Part shown: positions 53,663 to 64,000 of the stretch, piece by piece | How the letters are laid out: each line of letters opens with the position of its first letter | Position numbering within the stretch: the first letter of the stretch is position 1 | Assembly (NCBI GenBank): GCA_044892525.1 | Contig: CM097886.1 | Location: forward strand, 158,162,001-158,226,000 | Length of the DNA stretch: 64,000 bases | Direction: 5' to 3' | DNA from: Schmidtea polychroa | Taxonomy: Eukaryota | Program-made: the position numbers and the translations under genes | The notes under the pieces: generated by a model | The model's input: the letters and a program-made list of their open reading frames with translations, nothing else | Databases searched by the model: none | What the model was told of the DNA's origin: nothing

Positions 53663-54417
53663 GTAATAATAATTAGGTAATAATTGTATTACATTTCACC
53701 CTAATTAGTATACAGTAATATTCGGATCTTTAATAAACTTGCCATGCTATACATATTCGAATAATAATAATAATAATCCATGAAAAATTAAAAAGCCACC
53801 TACAATTAATAAGTAATTCAAAATCCTATTAATAAATTTATTCTTATCATAATATTTGTTAAATAAATAAAACAGTTTAATGATAGTATTTAAATTAAAT
53901 ATGGCTGAATAAATTTTAAATTAAATATTCAAATTATAATTCAAAAGAGAAAAATAATTAAAACCTGATATGATCTTATAATTGCTTGGACGGCTAAATG
54001 TTCTTCAATTGTACTTTGATCAACAATCTCATGGGTTACAGAACTACTAACAGTTGGAACAGGTGTACCCATAACAGTTGGAAAATACTGATGTTTAGGT
54101 AAACTATACATAAAGTTCGGAGGTGGAGAAAATGCTTGTCCAACAGCTGCTCCTTTACTTACTTGACTAAAATACACATTCCAAGACTTAAACAAATGTT
54201 ACTACTCCAAGAATCCAAATCGATAAATTACTTTATGAACACTTGCAGGATTCTCTAACCAAGAATTGTACATTTCTTCTATATAAACCGACGAGCCTCC
54301 GTTAAGAAACGATTCGGCGCTAGCTGAGCTATACTTAACAGAATGTTTGCAAATTGAAAACCCATAATTAGAAAGTAATGATCTATGCTTTTGAGCGAGC
54401 AAACGTATTTTATACAT
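14194..54417 (-). CDS. OGDH: Mitochondrial 2-oxoglutarate dehydrogenase E1. Exons: 54417-54232, 54186-53965, [49253-49151 or 48430-48337], 27997-27897, 24036-23735, 23684-23436, 20076-19926, 19881-19753, 19706-19503, 19451-19277, 19229-19006, 17624-17274, 16193-16068, 16016-15855, 15804-15557, 14299-14194
   Basis: All junctions are GT-AG and phase-consistent; total 3039 nt (1012 aa) with exon 3A. Motifs: [31 protein letters not shown], ThDP motif [10 protein letters not shown]...[70 protein letters not shown]. Confidence 0.96.
15413..16465. repeat. Pair of dispersed ~140-bp direct repeats (about 15413-15545 and 16321-16465) in neighbouring OGDH introns
   Basis: Shared AAATCCATGA..GAGTTAACAAATCTGTAAACA...GCTAATAAATTTTTTTAATATTTTATTTAAAGTTGATAACAAAAACAAAATCA. 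Confidence 0.85.
16465..17040. repeat. Pair of ~150-180-bp direct repeats (about 16465-16620 and 16855-17040)
   Basis: Shared TTATTGACAACAAATATTTTTAATTGATTTTAATATAATGTATCAAATTTAAATCGTTATTTTAATTAATTTAAT and AATTCCTTAAACTATTCACCATTGAT. Confidence 0.85.
18297..18900. repeat. ~197-bp tandem duplication plus degenerate partial copies in an OGDH intron
   Basis: TATTATTAATCCATCCTATCCA(C/T)TGGTAGATTATTTTC begins both units (about 18297 and 18494). Weaker CATTGG..ATTATTT copies follow at about 18740 and 18855. Confidence 0.85.
21052..21452 (+). pseudogene. Decayed S/Q/N-rich reading frame, unidentified
   Basis: Codon-like run ([57 protein letters not shown]...) broken by TAA stops and a frameshift. 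Confidence 0.35.
21749..22177 (+). pseudogene. WDFY1/2-like (WD40-FYVE) N-terminal fragment with a frameshift, nested antisense in an OGDH intron
   Basis: RKPDLLNKF...[14 protein letters not shown], then a frameshift near 21865-21878, then [30 protein letters not shown]...[20 protein letters not shown]...HVARVT...WLLSCSKDK. Matches recalled WDFY2 RKPILL...VRVWLKRDSGQYWPSVYH...IGLDNGTISEF. Runs into an N gap. Confidence 0.8.
22201..22363. other. Assembly gap (others at 50807-50934, 55956-56239, 58373-58500)
   Basis: Runs of N. Confidence 1.
22384..22425 (-). ncRNA. Degenerate (probably inactive) hammerhead ribozyme, same family as 49520-49561
   Basis: Minus strand ATAGTT CTGATGA GAGG CAAAA GCTT CAAAC TAA TC TACTAT, versus intact ATAGTA CTGATGA GAGC CAAAA GCTC GAAAC TAG TC TACTAT. 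Confidence 0.8.
24330..24430 (-). mobile_element. hAT transposase C-terminal (dimerisation) remnant
   Basis: [28 protein letters not shown] matches the hAT/ZMYM-type terminus L..L.IE...+DFD.+I..FA..K.R. Confidence 0.6.
24725..24975. mobile_element. 251-bp MITE, piggyBac-like
   Basis: 14-bp perfect TIR CGCATTCCCGGACA / TGTCCGGGAATGCG, flanked by TTAA on the left and TAAA on the right. Confidence 0.7.
26848..27222. mobile_element. 375-bp hAT-type MITE
   Basis: TIRs CAATGGTGGGTAAA / TTTGCCCACCACTG (12 of 14 match); 8-bp TSD TACTAGTG / TATTAGTG (7 of 8 match). Confidence 0.75.
27236..27446. mobile_element. 211-bp pogo/Tigger-type MITE
   Basis: 24-bp perfect TIR CCGTATTAGCCCGAATATAACGCG, TA on both sides. 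Confidence 0.85.
30130..30300 (+). mobile_element. Mutator-like (MULE) transposase C-terminal remnant
   Basis: [34 protein letters not shown] resembles the MULE-type RTNN..EG.H..L......HP.+W.FI..L segment. Confidence 0.55.
31153..31440. mobile_element. 288-bp piggyBac-type MITE
   Basis: 16-bp perfect TIR CACGTTGACGGACACT, TTAA on both sides. Confidence 0.88.
31600..31862 (-). mobile_element. Chapaev-like DNA transposase remnant, distal half (proximal half at 46204-46290)
   Basis: ...[59 protein letters not shown]...LYPNLESVR. Matches the YFG..LGDQDK.WAPH.VC..C...L.QW..G...F..PMVWREP...DCYFC consensus, which I recall as Chapaev3-type (family name less certain than the TE call). Confidence 0.7.
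32395..33160. repeat. Minisatellite, about 36 units of 20-22 bp, left arm
   Basis: Constant TTTTAGAA(C/T)GAT followed by one of three tails: GCCTAATA, TACGTCATA or GTCTATTA. Confidence 0.95.
33295..34525. repeat. (TAT)n / (CA)n composite repeat modules, left arm (mirror about 43515-44770)
   Basis: Several (TAT)n tracts interleaved with ~60-bp AATATTAGT(G/C)AAAAC...ACACACAC..AACCCATTAAC modules. Confidence 0.9.
33357..33396 (+). promoter_or_regulatory. Conserved 40-bp motif, copy 1 of 8 (others at about 34691+, 36552+, 38466-, 39587+, 41448-, 43314-, 44665-); function unknown
   Basis: GAGT(C/T)TATCCGACAA(A/G)ATATT..(G/C)TCCC(C/T)CTA..GGTA(C/T)T, each copy followed by degenerate AAGGGTACT repeats. 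The regulatory role is inferred only. Confidence 0.5.
44910..45675. repeat. Mirror copy of the minisatellite, right arm
   Basis: Reverse complement of 32395-33160 (ATC(G/A)TTCTAAAA units). Confidence 0.95.
46204..46290 (-). mobile_element. Chapaev-like DNA transposase remnant, proximal half (N-terminal CxxC)
   Basis: Reads [25 protein letters not shown] and continues in frame into 31856 when the palindrome and one TSD copy are removed. Confidence 0.7.
47121..47704. mobile_element. Element with ~180-bp imperfect TIRs around an integrase zinc-binding remnant (Ginger/TDD-like)
   Basis: 47121-47304 is the reverse complement of 47534-47704, with indels. The central ORF has [25 protein letters not shown], the His half of an integrase H2C2 domain. 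Confidence 0.6.
48337..48430 (-). CDS. OGDH: OGDH alternative exon 3B ([31 protein letters not shown])
   Basis: AATAG acceptor ending at 48431, GTAAGT donor at 48336, phase 0 to 1, 94 nt. Paralogous RGH...LDPLG motif. Confidence 0.88.
49151..49253 (-). CDS. OGDH: OGDH alternative exon 3A ([34 protein letters not shown])
   Basis: AG acceptor at 49254-49255, GT donor at 49150, phase 0 to 1, 103 nt. Confidence 0.92.
49520..49561 (+). ncRNA. Minimal type I hammerhead ribozyme (Penelope/retrozyme type)
   Basis: Stem I ATAGTA/TACTAT; core CTGATGA (49526-49532); stem II GAGC-CAAAA-GCTC; GAAA; palindromic stem III CTAG; GTC cleavage triplet ending at 49555. Confidence 0.9.
50218..50800 (-). pseudogene. 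FNBP4-like (WW-domain) gene fragment with in-frame stops, nested in OGDH intron 2
   Basis: WW half-domain [17 protein letters not shown], acidic [12 protein letters not shown], and [16 protein letters not shown], similar to recalled FNBP4 QIGELANTLTSKFEFL. Two in-frame stops (DS*SS, KC*ES). An N gap lies directly upstream. Confidence 0.55.
51850..52010 (-). mobile_element. Possible Helitron Rep-helicase linker remnant
   Basis: GSHTI, then a frameshift, then [17 protein letters not shown], resembling SHT+.RL.VHLP.QQ.+.Y..G.E. Confidence 0.4.
52380..52560 (-). mobile_element. hAT dimerisation-domain remnant
   Basis: [33 protein letters not shown] matches the hATC motif S+A..ER.FS.......RS.L...T+. 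Confidence 0.7.
52883..52977. repeat. 16-bp tandem repeat, about 6 units, two alternating variants
   Basis: GATTATTGATTTTCAT alternates with GATTATTGATTGTCG(C/T). Confidence 0.9.
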
Positions 54418-57400
54418 ATTTATATAAATTATAATGAACTAAAATATCTAAAAAAGAAAAGTATAATATTTAAGAAAATGTAAAATTTAATTCTAATGTT
54501 TGTAAAAATTATTAATTAAGTTGATAAATTGATAAGAAAATTTACCTTAAAAGGTTAAATACTTTCAAAATCAACTTAAATATTTAATAAAATAATTTAA
54601 AATGGTTATTTTAAACAACTGTTTCTTAAGTTTATTAGACAAAAACAAAATGTATTAATAAATTTCGAAACGAAATACAAATATTTTATTTGTAGTTATA
54701 AATTTTAATTGGATTTATTTCTATAATATAATTTTGAAAAGTATTATAATACCAAAATCAATGGTAATATTTTCCAAAAAAAATCGGATATCTACTTGAT
54801 TTCCACAAATTTCATTTTGTTGATTACTAAAATATTTTTATTTCAAATGCTTGCTTGTTTCTTTTGTAGTTTATTATTAATTTGAAAAATTTTATTAATA
54901 ATTAAAATTTTAATTAAATAAAAATTAACACTTAGCACAATGTCAGTTTACACATATTTTACTCCAACCAAAATTTTCTCAAGTAATAATGAAAGTTTGT
55001 TAAAAAATTTGAAAATTTAGCATCATTTCATTGGTTGAAATTTCAGTGATTTAAATTGATAAATAAATTGTACTGATACATATTGATGTCTATAATATAT
55101 GTAATATATGCACACTGCACACACATAATAATCCACACACTATTTGTAATGATACTACTATTAATTTTCGATTTGGATTTTCGACCTAAGATAATTTATT
55201 TTTGGACGCTTAATAATTGACTTTGAAAGAAACATCTGATACTTCACTGCTAAACATTTTTTGGATATATATTTTTGTTTGAAATGGATAAATGTAAGCT
55301 TTTTTTTAATTTTAATTAATATTATTTAAAATTATCGATTATTTAAATAACAAAATTTTAATTTAAATTAAAATTTCACTTACATTAAAAAATAATGACT
55401 TGGAATATATTTTAATTATTTATAAAATTTTCTTATAATTTTCTAAATTAAATTGGTGAATTTAATAAAAATTATTGTTGATTCGATTTTAAACTCAGAA
55501 CTAATTAATTTTATTTTTAATTACTTTTAAATGACAATTGCTAAAAAAAGATTGTTAAATTAAATAAAATTTATTTTCATTATTATATTTAAATTTAGTT
55601 TTGTTGATTTTAATGAATAAAGTAAATTCAATACTGTTCTCAAAATAAGTTGAAAATATATATTTTATTATTTTTGTATTCTAGTAAAATAGCAAAAATG
55701 ATACTTAATTTTTATTATTCTTAAAATGAATCATTATTTCAATGAACATTTTTAAAATTTAAAATTCAATGCTTTAGAAAATACTTAGTATTTTTAAAAC
55801 GTTTTTTGTGTTGTTTTTACATTTATGAGAACATTAAATTTTAAAATCATTTTAGTACAAACATCTGGAAAATTTAAATGATATGTTAAATCTTAAACCT
55901 GTTAAATCTGTTTAACTTAAGTTATTTCTTAAATAATTTTTTACTTACACTTTGANNNNNNNNNNNNNNNNNNNNNNNNNNNNNNNNNNNNNNNNNNNNN
56001 NNNNNNNNNNNNNNNNNNNNNNNNNNNNNNNNNNNNNNNNNNNNNNNNNNNNNNNNNNNNNNNNNNNNNNNNNNNNNNNNNNNNNNNNNNNNNNNNNNNN
56101 NNNNNNNNNNNNNNNNNNNNNNNNNNNNNNNNNNNNNNNNNNNNNNNNNNNNNNNNNNNNNNNNNNNNNNNNNNNNNNNNNNNNNNNNNNNNNNNNNNNN
56201 NNNNNNNNNNNNNNNNNNNNNNNNNNNNNNNNNNNNNNNAACAATGCTAATATTTAATCACAATATGAAAAAATTTTTAGACTACACATTTAACAATAAT
56301 ATAAAAATTATCATATAATTCAGGATTCATTTTCTCTCTGAATTTGTCGAGGGTCCCAAAAAAGATCTACTTAAGTCTGATCAATCAAGATTTTAACTTC
56401 AAAATAATAAAATTTATTTGACTAATTGAATAATTTAAAATAAGTTTGCATTTCAAGAAAGTCTCATTATTCGATTTATTTTGTAACAATATTTGGGATA
56501 TTTAATAGAATTATCTATTAATTTCACCCTAATTTTCTATTAGTATAATTTTTAATGTTACATTCAAATTGGATGCCATACGGTTAAATGTAACTTAATT
56601 TAATTAAAAATTAATTATTTTAATTTATTTGCATATTGACCTCCATGATTTTCAAATATTGGTTAAATATAAAATAATTTAGAAAAATGTCAAAATTAAG
56701 TCTAGACCTTCTTAGAAGACCAAAAACAAAAGTAATGGCAAGCCCTTCACTTGGGGGATATTTAAGGTTTCAACTTTAAAATGCAATATTTTAAAAAGAA
56801 ATTTGAGATGTGGTTGCAACTTAACTTTCTTTTATGAAATTTTAAATTAAAAAATAATTAGTATAAAATTTGACATACAAAACGAAAATTCTTTAAAATT
56901 GTTAAAAAGGGCATTCAAAAAGTTGTGCTATTTTTATATTCTAATTTAAATTAAAAATCCTGAATAACTTGTGAAATGCTTCAAATATGTAAAAAGTTTT
57001 CAACACAACTATGGTCATTTGTGTACGTATGTCAGTACATACATACCTTGACTTTATATAAAAGGATTATTTAGTTATTTTAATAAGTAAGAATAATACC
57101 AATATATGGACATTTAAAAGACAGTACTTTTACAAAATATTAACTTTTTTACCATTTTATTTCGTCCTTTTTGACAAGCTATTGCTAGATTCCAGAGGTG
57201 GGACAATCCAAACTTGCACCGTAATCAAGGAACAAAATTTACGCCCTTTCAAAAAAGATTGTATACATTAAGAAACCAATCAGTTTTTACAATGAAATAA
57301 TAAATGCTTTTGTAACAATATTTTTTTTGAAAAGAACAAAAAAGAGCTAGCTACTCTTATAGTTATTACAAATTAATTTTCCTTATTGAAAATTATAATA

Positions 57401-57894
57401 CATTATAGGAAAATATCTAATTAATTGTCAAAATTTGAAAATTTCAGTAAAATTGATTTAAAAAATGATCATTATTTAGGCAGGAGCAGAGTTCATCTAG
57501 CCCTCATATCGGGGCTGGCTAATTTTACATATTTTTCAATTGAAATATTAGTCTCGATGAAACTACACGCTGGTTCACTTGTTGAAGTCATGATAGGTCT
57601 TTGAGTTATAAATTTTCCTGTTTCTTTTCTCTTAGAAGTTAAATCTTTTAAATGACCAACCTTTGACCTGTTACTTACTCATTCTCATTATTAAAATCTA
57701 GAGTCTAGTATGGAACATTCTATTCTATAATTCTGCATCATTTACTATTTTCTTTTTTGTGAAATATTTTTCTGAAATATTCATAGTACACAAATATTTG
57801 AAATGACATAAGAACTTTATTTATTATTTATTGGAGTTTAAAAGTGCGAATTTCAGAATTAATTTGTTTTAAACAATTGTCATTTAATAAAAAT

Positions 57895-58750
57895 ATTTCT
57901 AGATTTTTAATTTTTAAATATACCGGTCTAACAAACTCAATAAAAGAGGTCATTAAAGATTAAATTCCTCATTATCACATATAAGATTTATTTTGATGCC
58001 ATTAAAAATTTGTTTAGTAAGAAATAATTCCTTTCATTTTCACTTTTTATACATACTGCACTTTGTAGTTTTGTAGATTTTGAATTAGGGTGGATTAAAA
58101 AAAAGAATAGTTTTGAAAATATCTTTCAAATGCTTGTAATTAAAAAATAAAACTAAAAAATTCTATTAATAATAATGTATTATTTAATTAAATTATTTTT
58201 TAAATATTTTGAATTTTTTTCAATTTGAAAAATAATAAATGAGTTATTCTTTACTGAAATTGTTTTTATTGGCATAGAAATACAATTTACAGGTGAAAAA
58301 GATGACAATGTTTTTGAAAAAGAATTATTACCATTTAAAAGGTCTAAAATGTAAAAGTCTAAAAACAATTTCNNNNNNNNNNNNNNNNNNNNNNNNNNNN
58401 NNNNNNNNNNNNNNNNNNNNNNNNNNNNNNNNNNNNNNNNNNNNNNNNNNNNNNNNNNNNNNNNNNNNNNNNNNNNNNNNNNNNNNNNNNNNNNNNNNNN
58501 TTGGTTTTGTGACAGAAAATTAGTAATTTCTATTTAAAATATTTTATAAAACAAGGCGCATTTCACATAAGTATTAGAACAAGAAGATCAGTTGTTAAAA
58601 ATTAGACGATGGAAGAAAGAAGATTTTTAATTTTTAAATATACAGGTCTAACAAACCCAATAAACGAGGTCATAAAAGATTACATTCCGCTTTATCACAT
58701 ATAAGATTTGTTTTGATGCCATTAAAAATTTGTTTAGTAAGAAATAATTG
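57895..58750. repeat. Diverged ~130-bp direct repeats (about 57900-58030 and 58620-58750) on either side of an N gap
   Basis: Shared AGATTTTTAATTTTTAAATATAC.GGTCTAACAAAC.CAATAAA.GAGGTCAT...GATGCCATTAAAAATTTGTTTAGTAAGAAATAATT. Confidence 0.8.
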
Positions 58751-61700
58751 TCCTCTGATTTCCAACATCCAGATCTCAACTGAAAAATATTTTGTTTAAA
58801 ATTGTTCAAAATTCTTTTTTAAATTATTCCCACTTCGAAAATGGGATAACAATAATATGGGATTCTAATTATTATTTTATTAGTTGTTTACTTAAATTCT
58901 ACAAACTGGACAAAATAATACCTAGTACAGTTTTATGATAGAATAATACAAAAAAGTCTGCAAAATGTTGGCTTATATAAATAATTGATGTTTATATAGA
59001 AATATTATCAATCCGTCAAAGTGAAAATTGTGTGAAATCGATAGAATATTTTGTCAATTAAAATTTTACATATTATTTTATTTTTCCACACATGCATTCC
59101 GATGAAAACCTTTAAAAAATACTGAATTGGAATATTAGTTAATTGTTTAACTTCGAGTCTCTGATATTGTATTAGTAATTGTATGATAGAATATTTATTA
59201 GCATAAATTAAGTTTTAGGTGTAAGCGAAAGGTCTATTTGTAGAAAATAATTTTTCTAAATAATTTGTCTTCTAAAAAATCAAGTTAACTCATAACCTGC
59301 TTATTTCCCCTATGGAACTGTGACGATCATCTGTGACCGGAGCTACTATATATTTTAGAATGACAAAAGCAATGTGGATATCAGGGACTAAAAAATTGTA
59401 TTTTCGCCTCAAAGTTAAAAAAACGTAAAAAGTCCTTAATAAATATTACAAGCAAACAGCTTCGGCAAGAAAAATAAATATTATATTCAAACCAAAAAAA
59501 AATACAGAATACTATTTCATAAAAAGACAATAAGAAAATGATACATTTATTCAGTCAAAATAGTTTCCGTCGGCATCTATACATCTATACATCATAAATT
59601 CTTTTCTTGGAAAAGTCATCATTGAAGATCGTCACAACCTCAATCAAAATACGACTTCGATCAGACCAAAGCCGTCACAAGTGACGATGGTATTTTTTAG
59701 CTTCGGTGAAAGTAATTTCGGATTCCTCGTGTTCGTGTGCTAAGATAAGGCACTATACTCTTATTCACTAAGGTATTCTCCATAATCATTGCATACTTCC
59801 AAAATTCTTTATGTAAAACCTCATAATTTTCAATGTTAACGACATGAGTGACTGTAGATTTTCAATTCTTCATTTATAGGGAACAGAAATACAATTTCAT
59901 CTTTGCACTTTTATCCAGATTTCCCTATAAAATTTCTAAATAATAATAAGTAGACTAAAACAAAATTCGTAAATTTTGAAAACATTTTTATTGATGATTG
60001 AGAAAATAACCTTGTTAAATCAAATAATAACATTATCTATTTCTTTATACAATTGAAAATAAATTTCTGAAAGCGCATTTTGGTTGGACATTTGTTTTTT
60101 TAATAAAATTTCTTTATCAAATTTTTCATTGACAATTGAAAATGTTGTCGGAATTCTTCAGTTTCTATGTCGGTATTTCCGAAAAAAATTATTAAATTTT
60201 AAATTATTTTGATGTGAACAGTGCCATATGATTTCATTTATCAATTTTAAAATTAAAAGTTCAGTGAAGCATGTCTTTATTGATTTATTTTGTAATGGCA
60301 CATTGCTACAAAATTTCTACAAATCGCTACAAAATTGATGCTTAACAATTAAAGTATCAAGGATTTTTTTATTATTGGAAATGGTTTTTGAAGTCTTTGT
60401 AAAAAATTCTTTTTTGAAAGAGTCGTTCAAATATAATCTTCCGGAACAATAAAAATCTTTCGTAAGTCAAAAACATATAAATCTATCTTGTTCGTCTAGT
60501 TAAAATATTTTATAAACTTAATAAAAGATTTTATATCAGAAAAAGCTTTATTAAACACATCAAATAATTTAATTAAAGAAAAACAAACACATTTAAAAAT
60601 TAAACAGATAAACATAGCAAACATAATAAATACTTATAATATTTACATATTTTAAAAATACATTAAGAAAGACTGAAAAGAATGTAGTTATGTTAATATT
60701 TTTGGGATTTTTCTATAAATATTTAACTGCATACTTTAACAATAACGGAATTTCTGAAACCCTTTACGCCACTGCTAGGCCGTGAGAAGTTAATAAACTA
60801 TTTAAAATTGCTAATGTTTTTAAGGAAAATTAGAAAAACACTAAAAAGATTTTAACAGATTCTTAAACGACATTATTTATTTTATATAACATTTTCCAAT
60901 GTTTTCAAAGTGTTAAAAATTTTAAATATTTTATTTAAAAAAATTTTTAAATCCCATTTATCAAGGTATATTAATAAATTACTAATATATTATATTAATA
61001 TTATATTATATTATAATATAATATATTATAATATATTATTATTAATATTATATTATATTATCGAAAATTATATTGTACAGATTTTGAACAATAAAAAAAT
61101 AATAAAAATGATATATCATAGAACATTTGTCATAAGAAGTCTTTCCAGGTATCCCGCAAACATAGTGTGGCGCAAGTCAAAAAAAGGTTGAAAATCAATA
61201 CTTTACACTGAAGGTTTTCAACTGAGTTTTTTCTGAGGCTTGTTTAACCATAATTAAAGATAATAAATTATAAATATATATTTTTTGCTCGAAAGGAAAA
61301 TAAATTAAATATTTAACAAAATGGTAATTCTGTTGCTACTGGTAAACTTGAAATGATTGAATACTGCAAATTATAAAAATCAGCATTAATATGTAAAAAT
61401 TATATAGAAAAAAAATGAAATAATATACTAAAAAATATTTTAAATTGAAAAATGAATTAAATGACTGCTATTTTGTGAAAGGCTATATCTAGATCAACAA
61501 TTTACTTTTCGAACAAATCAAGACTTTTGTTTTACTAATAAGAAAATTTGCTTCAAAGATTTTTGTCAAAATTTTCTAAATATTATATTGAAAACTTATT
61601 AAAATTAAATTCATTAATATAATAATTTCAATATAAATATATAAAAAACATTAAAGATTGAATTTATATTTTAAGAAAATTAAAAATTAATCTTAGCCTA

Positions 61701-63289
61701 AGTGACTAGTGATAATAATTGTCAGCGTAATCTCTATTATGCAACTGTTTACATAAAAACAATTATTAAATCATTTATAATAAGATGCCAAAGTGTGCTG
61801 TGCATAAATTATTGATTTTATCGATTTCTACGAATGTTCTTTGACAATCAATACACAAACTAGCACAATAGATTTTATCAATAAATGTTTATCTTTAATT
61901 GATTAAAAATCAACTTTTTGATTATTTGTTTTGATCATTTTAATAAACTACTTATTTATGTTTATTTTTATATTTCTCTATTTACAGTAGAAAATGAAAA
62001 TTCTCAACAGCTGGTCTTTGCAAAGTGGTTCAATAACAAATTGAAAAAAGTGAATATTTTTATATTTTGTTTTTTTTTCATTGACAAAATGACAAAAAAA
62101 ATTTTGTTGTAAGATTTAAACATTTTAATATGTGTTTCTTTTTATGGTATCTGATTTATTTAATTTTGCTATTAATTTTAAATTTAAATAAATATTCAAA
62201 TAAATAAAACAAAAGTATTTTTAAACAGTTTAACTTTTGTTTTTTTCTTTATTTTAATGGTTCCAATTTTCTTGGATAAAGCGATATGTAATGTCGCTAG
62301 AGGGTGGCATCAAGAGTCAAGTCACGAATGTTTCACTATATTGTAGACATGTCTAAAATATTTATATTGAAATGCAAATAAATGACATGACACAATAATT
62401 GAATTATTGTCACAAAAACTTGAATTATTGTTTGAGATTCTTTACAAAATGAACACTAAATTTTGTTTTTATTATGATATTTTAATCAAAATAATTGTTT
62501 CTGAATTTGAGGAAAATAGTGAATAAATCTATTCTTTTCCGAAAAATCTGTAATATGCGGTGTACCAAAGAATTTATAAGACAGATGTAAAAATAAATAA
62601 GTAAACTCAATAGTATTATATTTCTATTACAAACTTTTCCAAAAATTAATTTCTTAATGTAAAACTTTCTCTCCAGCAGTATACTTCGCTTAAATTTTGG
62701 ATTAAATTGTGATTTTTTTAGGAAAACCTTCCGGGATAAAACCACAGAGAGGGCAACAATTGTCGACAACTCACTCGAAATTTGATAATATTGTTTAAGA
62801 CTTTTTTCCCTTATCAGATTTTAGTTATTTTAGATTAGGAAAATAAACTCTGTAACTCCCTAAACAATGTCATTCTTCTTATTGCAATTTTTCTAACAAA
62901 TATGAATGCTGATAAATATAATATAATATCTTCCAATCGTAAATTAGATTTAATTCTACTAAAAAAGTGTCATTTATGTAAAACAATTTCCTTACAAAAA
63001 AGTCTTTACAAAACTTTGTTTAAAATATTTTATATTTAGTCCTGATTACCTTAATTCAGTGGTTCTCAATTAATATAAAAGCGGAAACACTGACAAAAAA
63101 TACTTGCTCACAATGAGTGACCAATCACAAATTACTATAAATCTGTCGTAAACGTAAACCATGCCTTCTTAAAATACAACGTGCAACAATAACAAGCAAT
63201 AAAAACACTTTTATATCTTATAAAAAAATTAATTGAGGTTTTTGATAATATGTATCTTAAATGCAAATTTAAAGATAAAATGTCATTTT

Positions 63290-63357
63290 TTTCGCGGAAC
63301 ACTGGAAGCGTAATCACGGAACACTGATGTTCCGCGAAACACGGGTTGAGAACTACT
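63290..63357 (-). mobile_element. hAT-Charlie-type terminus with subterminal hairpin
   Basis: Minus strand CAGTAGTTCTCAACCCGTGTTTCGCGGAACA...TGTTCCGCGAAA; 12-bp stem 63290-63301 / 63328-63339. The other end was not found. Confidence 0.55.
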
Positions 63358-63371
63358 GCCGTAATTAAATA

Positions 63372-63506
63372 CAAGGTGTCCCAAAAAATTATTATAACGT
63401 TGTAGAGATTCTACACATTCCTAATTTATAGAATTTTAAGATGAATTTAAAAATTTGTGCTTCTAGTTTTTTTTTGAGAGTATTCAATGACATTTAGGAC
63501 ACGTTG
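63372..63506. mobile_element. 135-bp Tc1/mariner-type MITE
   Basis: TIR CAAGGTGTCCCAAA / TTTAGGACACGTTG (12 of 14 match), TA on both sides. Confidence 0.7.
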
Positions 63507-64000
63507 TATTTAATCATTATTATTAGAATCTAGCTTGAATCCAATATTTTATATTTATTAAATGATATATTTTTACCGAACTTCATGACTTTTCACTATT
63601 ACAAAATCATCCAAATCATCATATATAATAATATTATTTTTATTAATTCAGTTATACCAACCGTCAATTGAATCCTTGATTAATGGGTTTAGATCAGGAA
63701 GGCGATTCTATTCGATATCAAATATGATATGTCAAAGTGAAAATGTGAGCTTGAAAAATATTCTGGTAATGTTTTGATTTGATAACATTTCAGATGGAAA
63801 TACCTGAACAATTAACAGATCAACAGCTTATTTCGACTGGAATCGAAAATATTCTTGCCAAATTTTCAGTAATTTTTTTCAGTGATTTTTAGAAAAATTT
63901 TAATTTATTTTTTTAGACAACTCTACCCAAATCGTTGCAGGTATAGCACTTGATGAATTTGTTTATTTTCAAAAAAGTTGTTACAGAGAATAACTTTTTA

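Noticed and set aside
22191-58523. ORFs containing X runs (22191, 22195, 50737, 50783, 50798, 55945, 55952, 58293)
   Set aside because: Artefacts of reading through N gaps.

Overview
AT-rich, intron-containing eukaryotic DNA (most likely an invertebrate animal; organism not identifiable from the window), with four N gaps. I could build three host genes by hand. (1) eIF2-gamma: +, 2218-3699, 3 exons, 459 aa. (2) A DUSP23-like dual-specificity phosphatase: +, about 8596-13739, 5' end unresolved. (3) 2-oxoglutarate dehydrogenase E1: -, 54417-14194, 16 exons, 1012 aa, with two mutually exclusive versions of exon 3; one has a DADLD-like SADLD motif and the other lacks it. Most introns are 44-55 nt; the rest are kilobases long, and most contain transposon debris (mariner, piggyBac, hAT, MULE, Chapaev-like, Ginger-like, gag, MITEs). 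The standout feature is a 14,341-bp, almost fully palindromic, non-coding element at 31863-46203 inside OGDH intron 3. It has about 6.8-kb inverted arms, a 694-bp spacer, AGTAGTAG termini and a perfect 6-bp target-site duplication (TCTTCA), which is the terminal signature of Polinton/Maverick elements. It splits an older transposase whose reading frame rejoins when the element is removed. It carries a higher-order 21-bp minisatellite and eight copies of a conserved 40-bp motif. The OGDH introns also hold an intact minimal hammerhead ribozyme (49520-49561, antisense to OGDH), a mutated copy of the same family (22384-22425, sense), and damaged WDFY- and FNBP4-like gene fragments. All alignments were done by eye; family assignments rest on recalled consensus motifs, not database searches.
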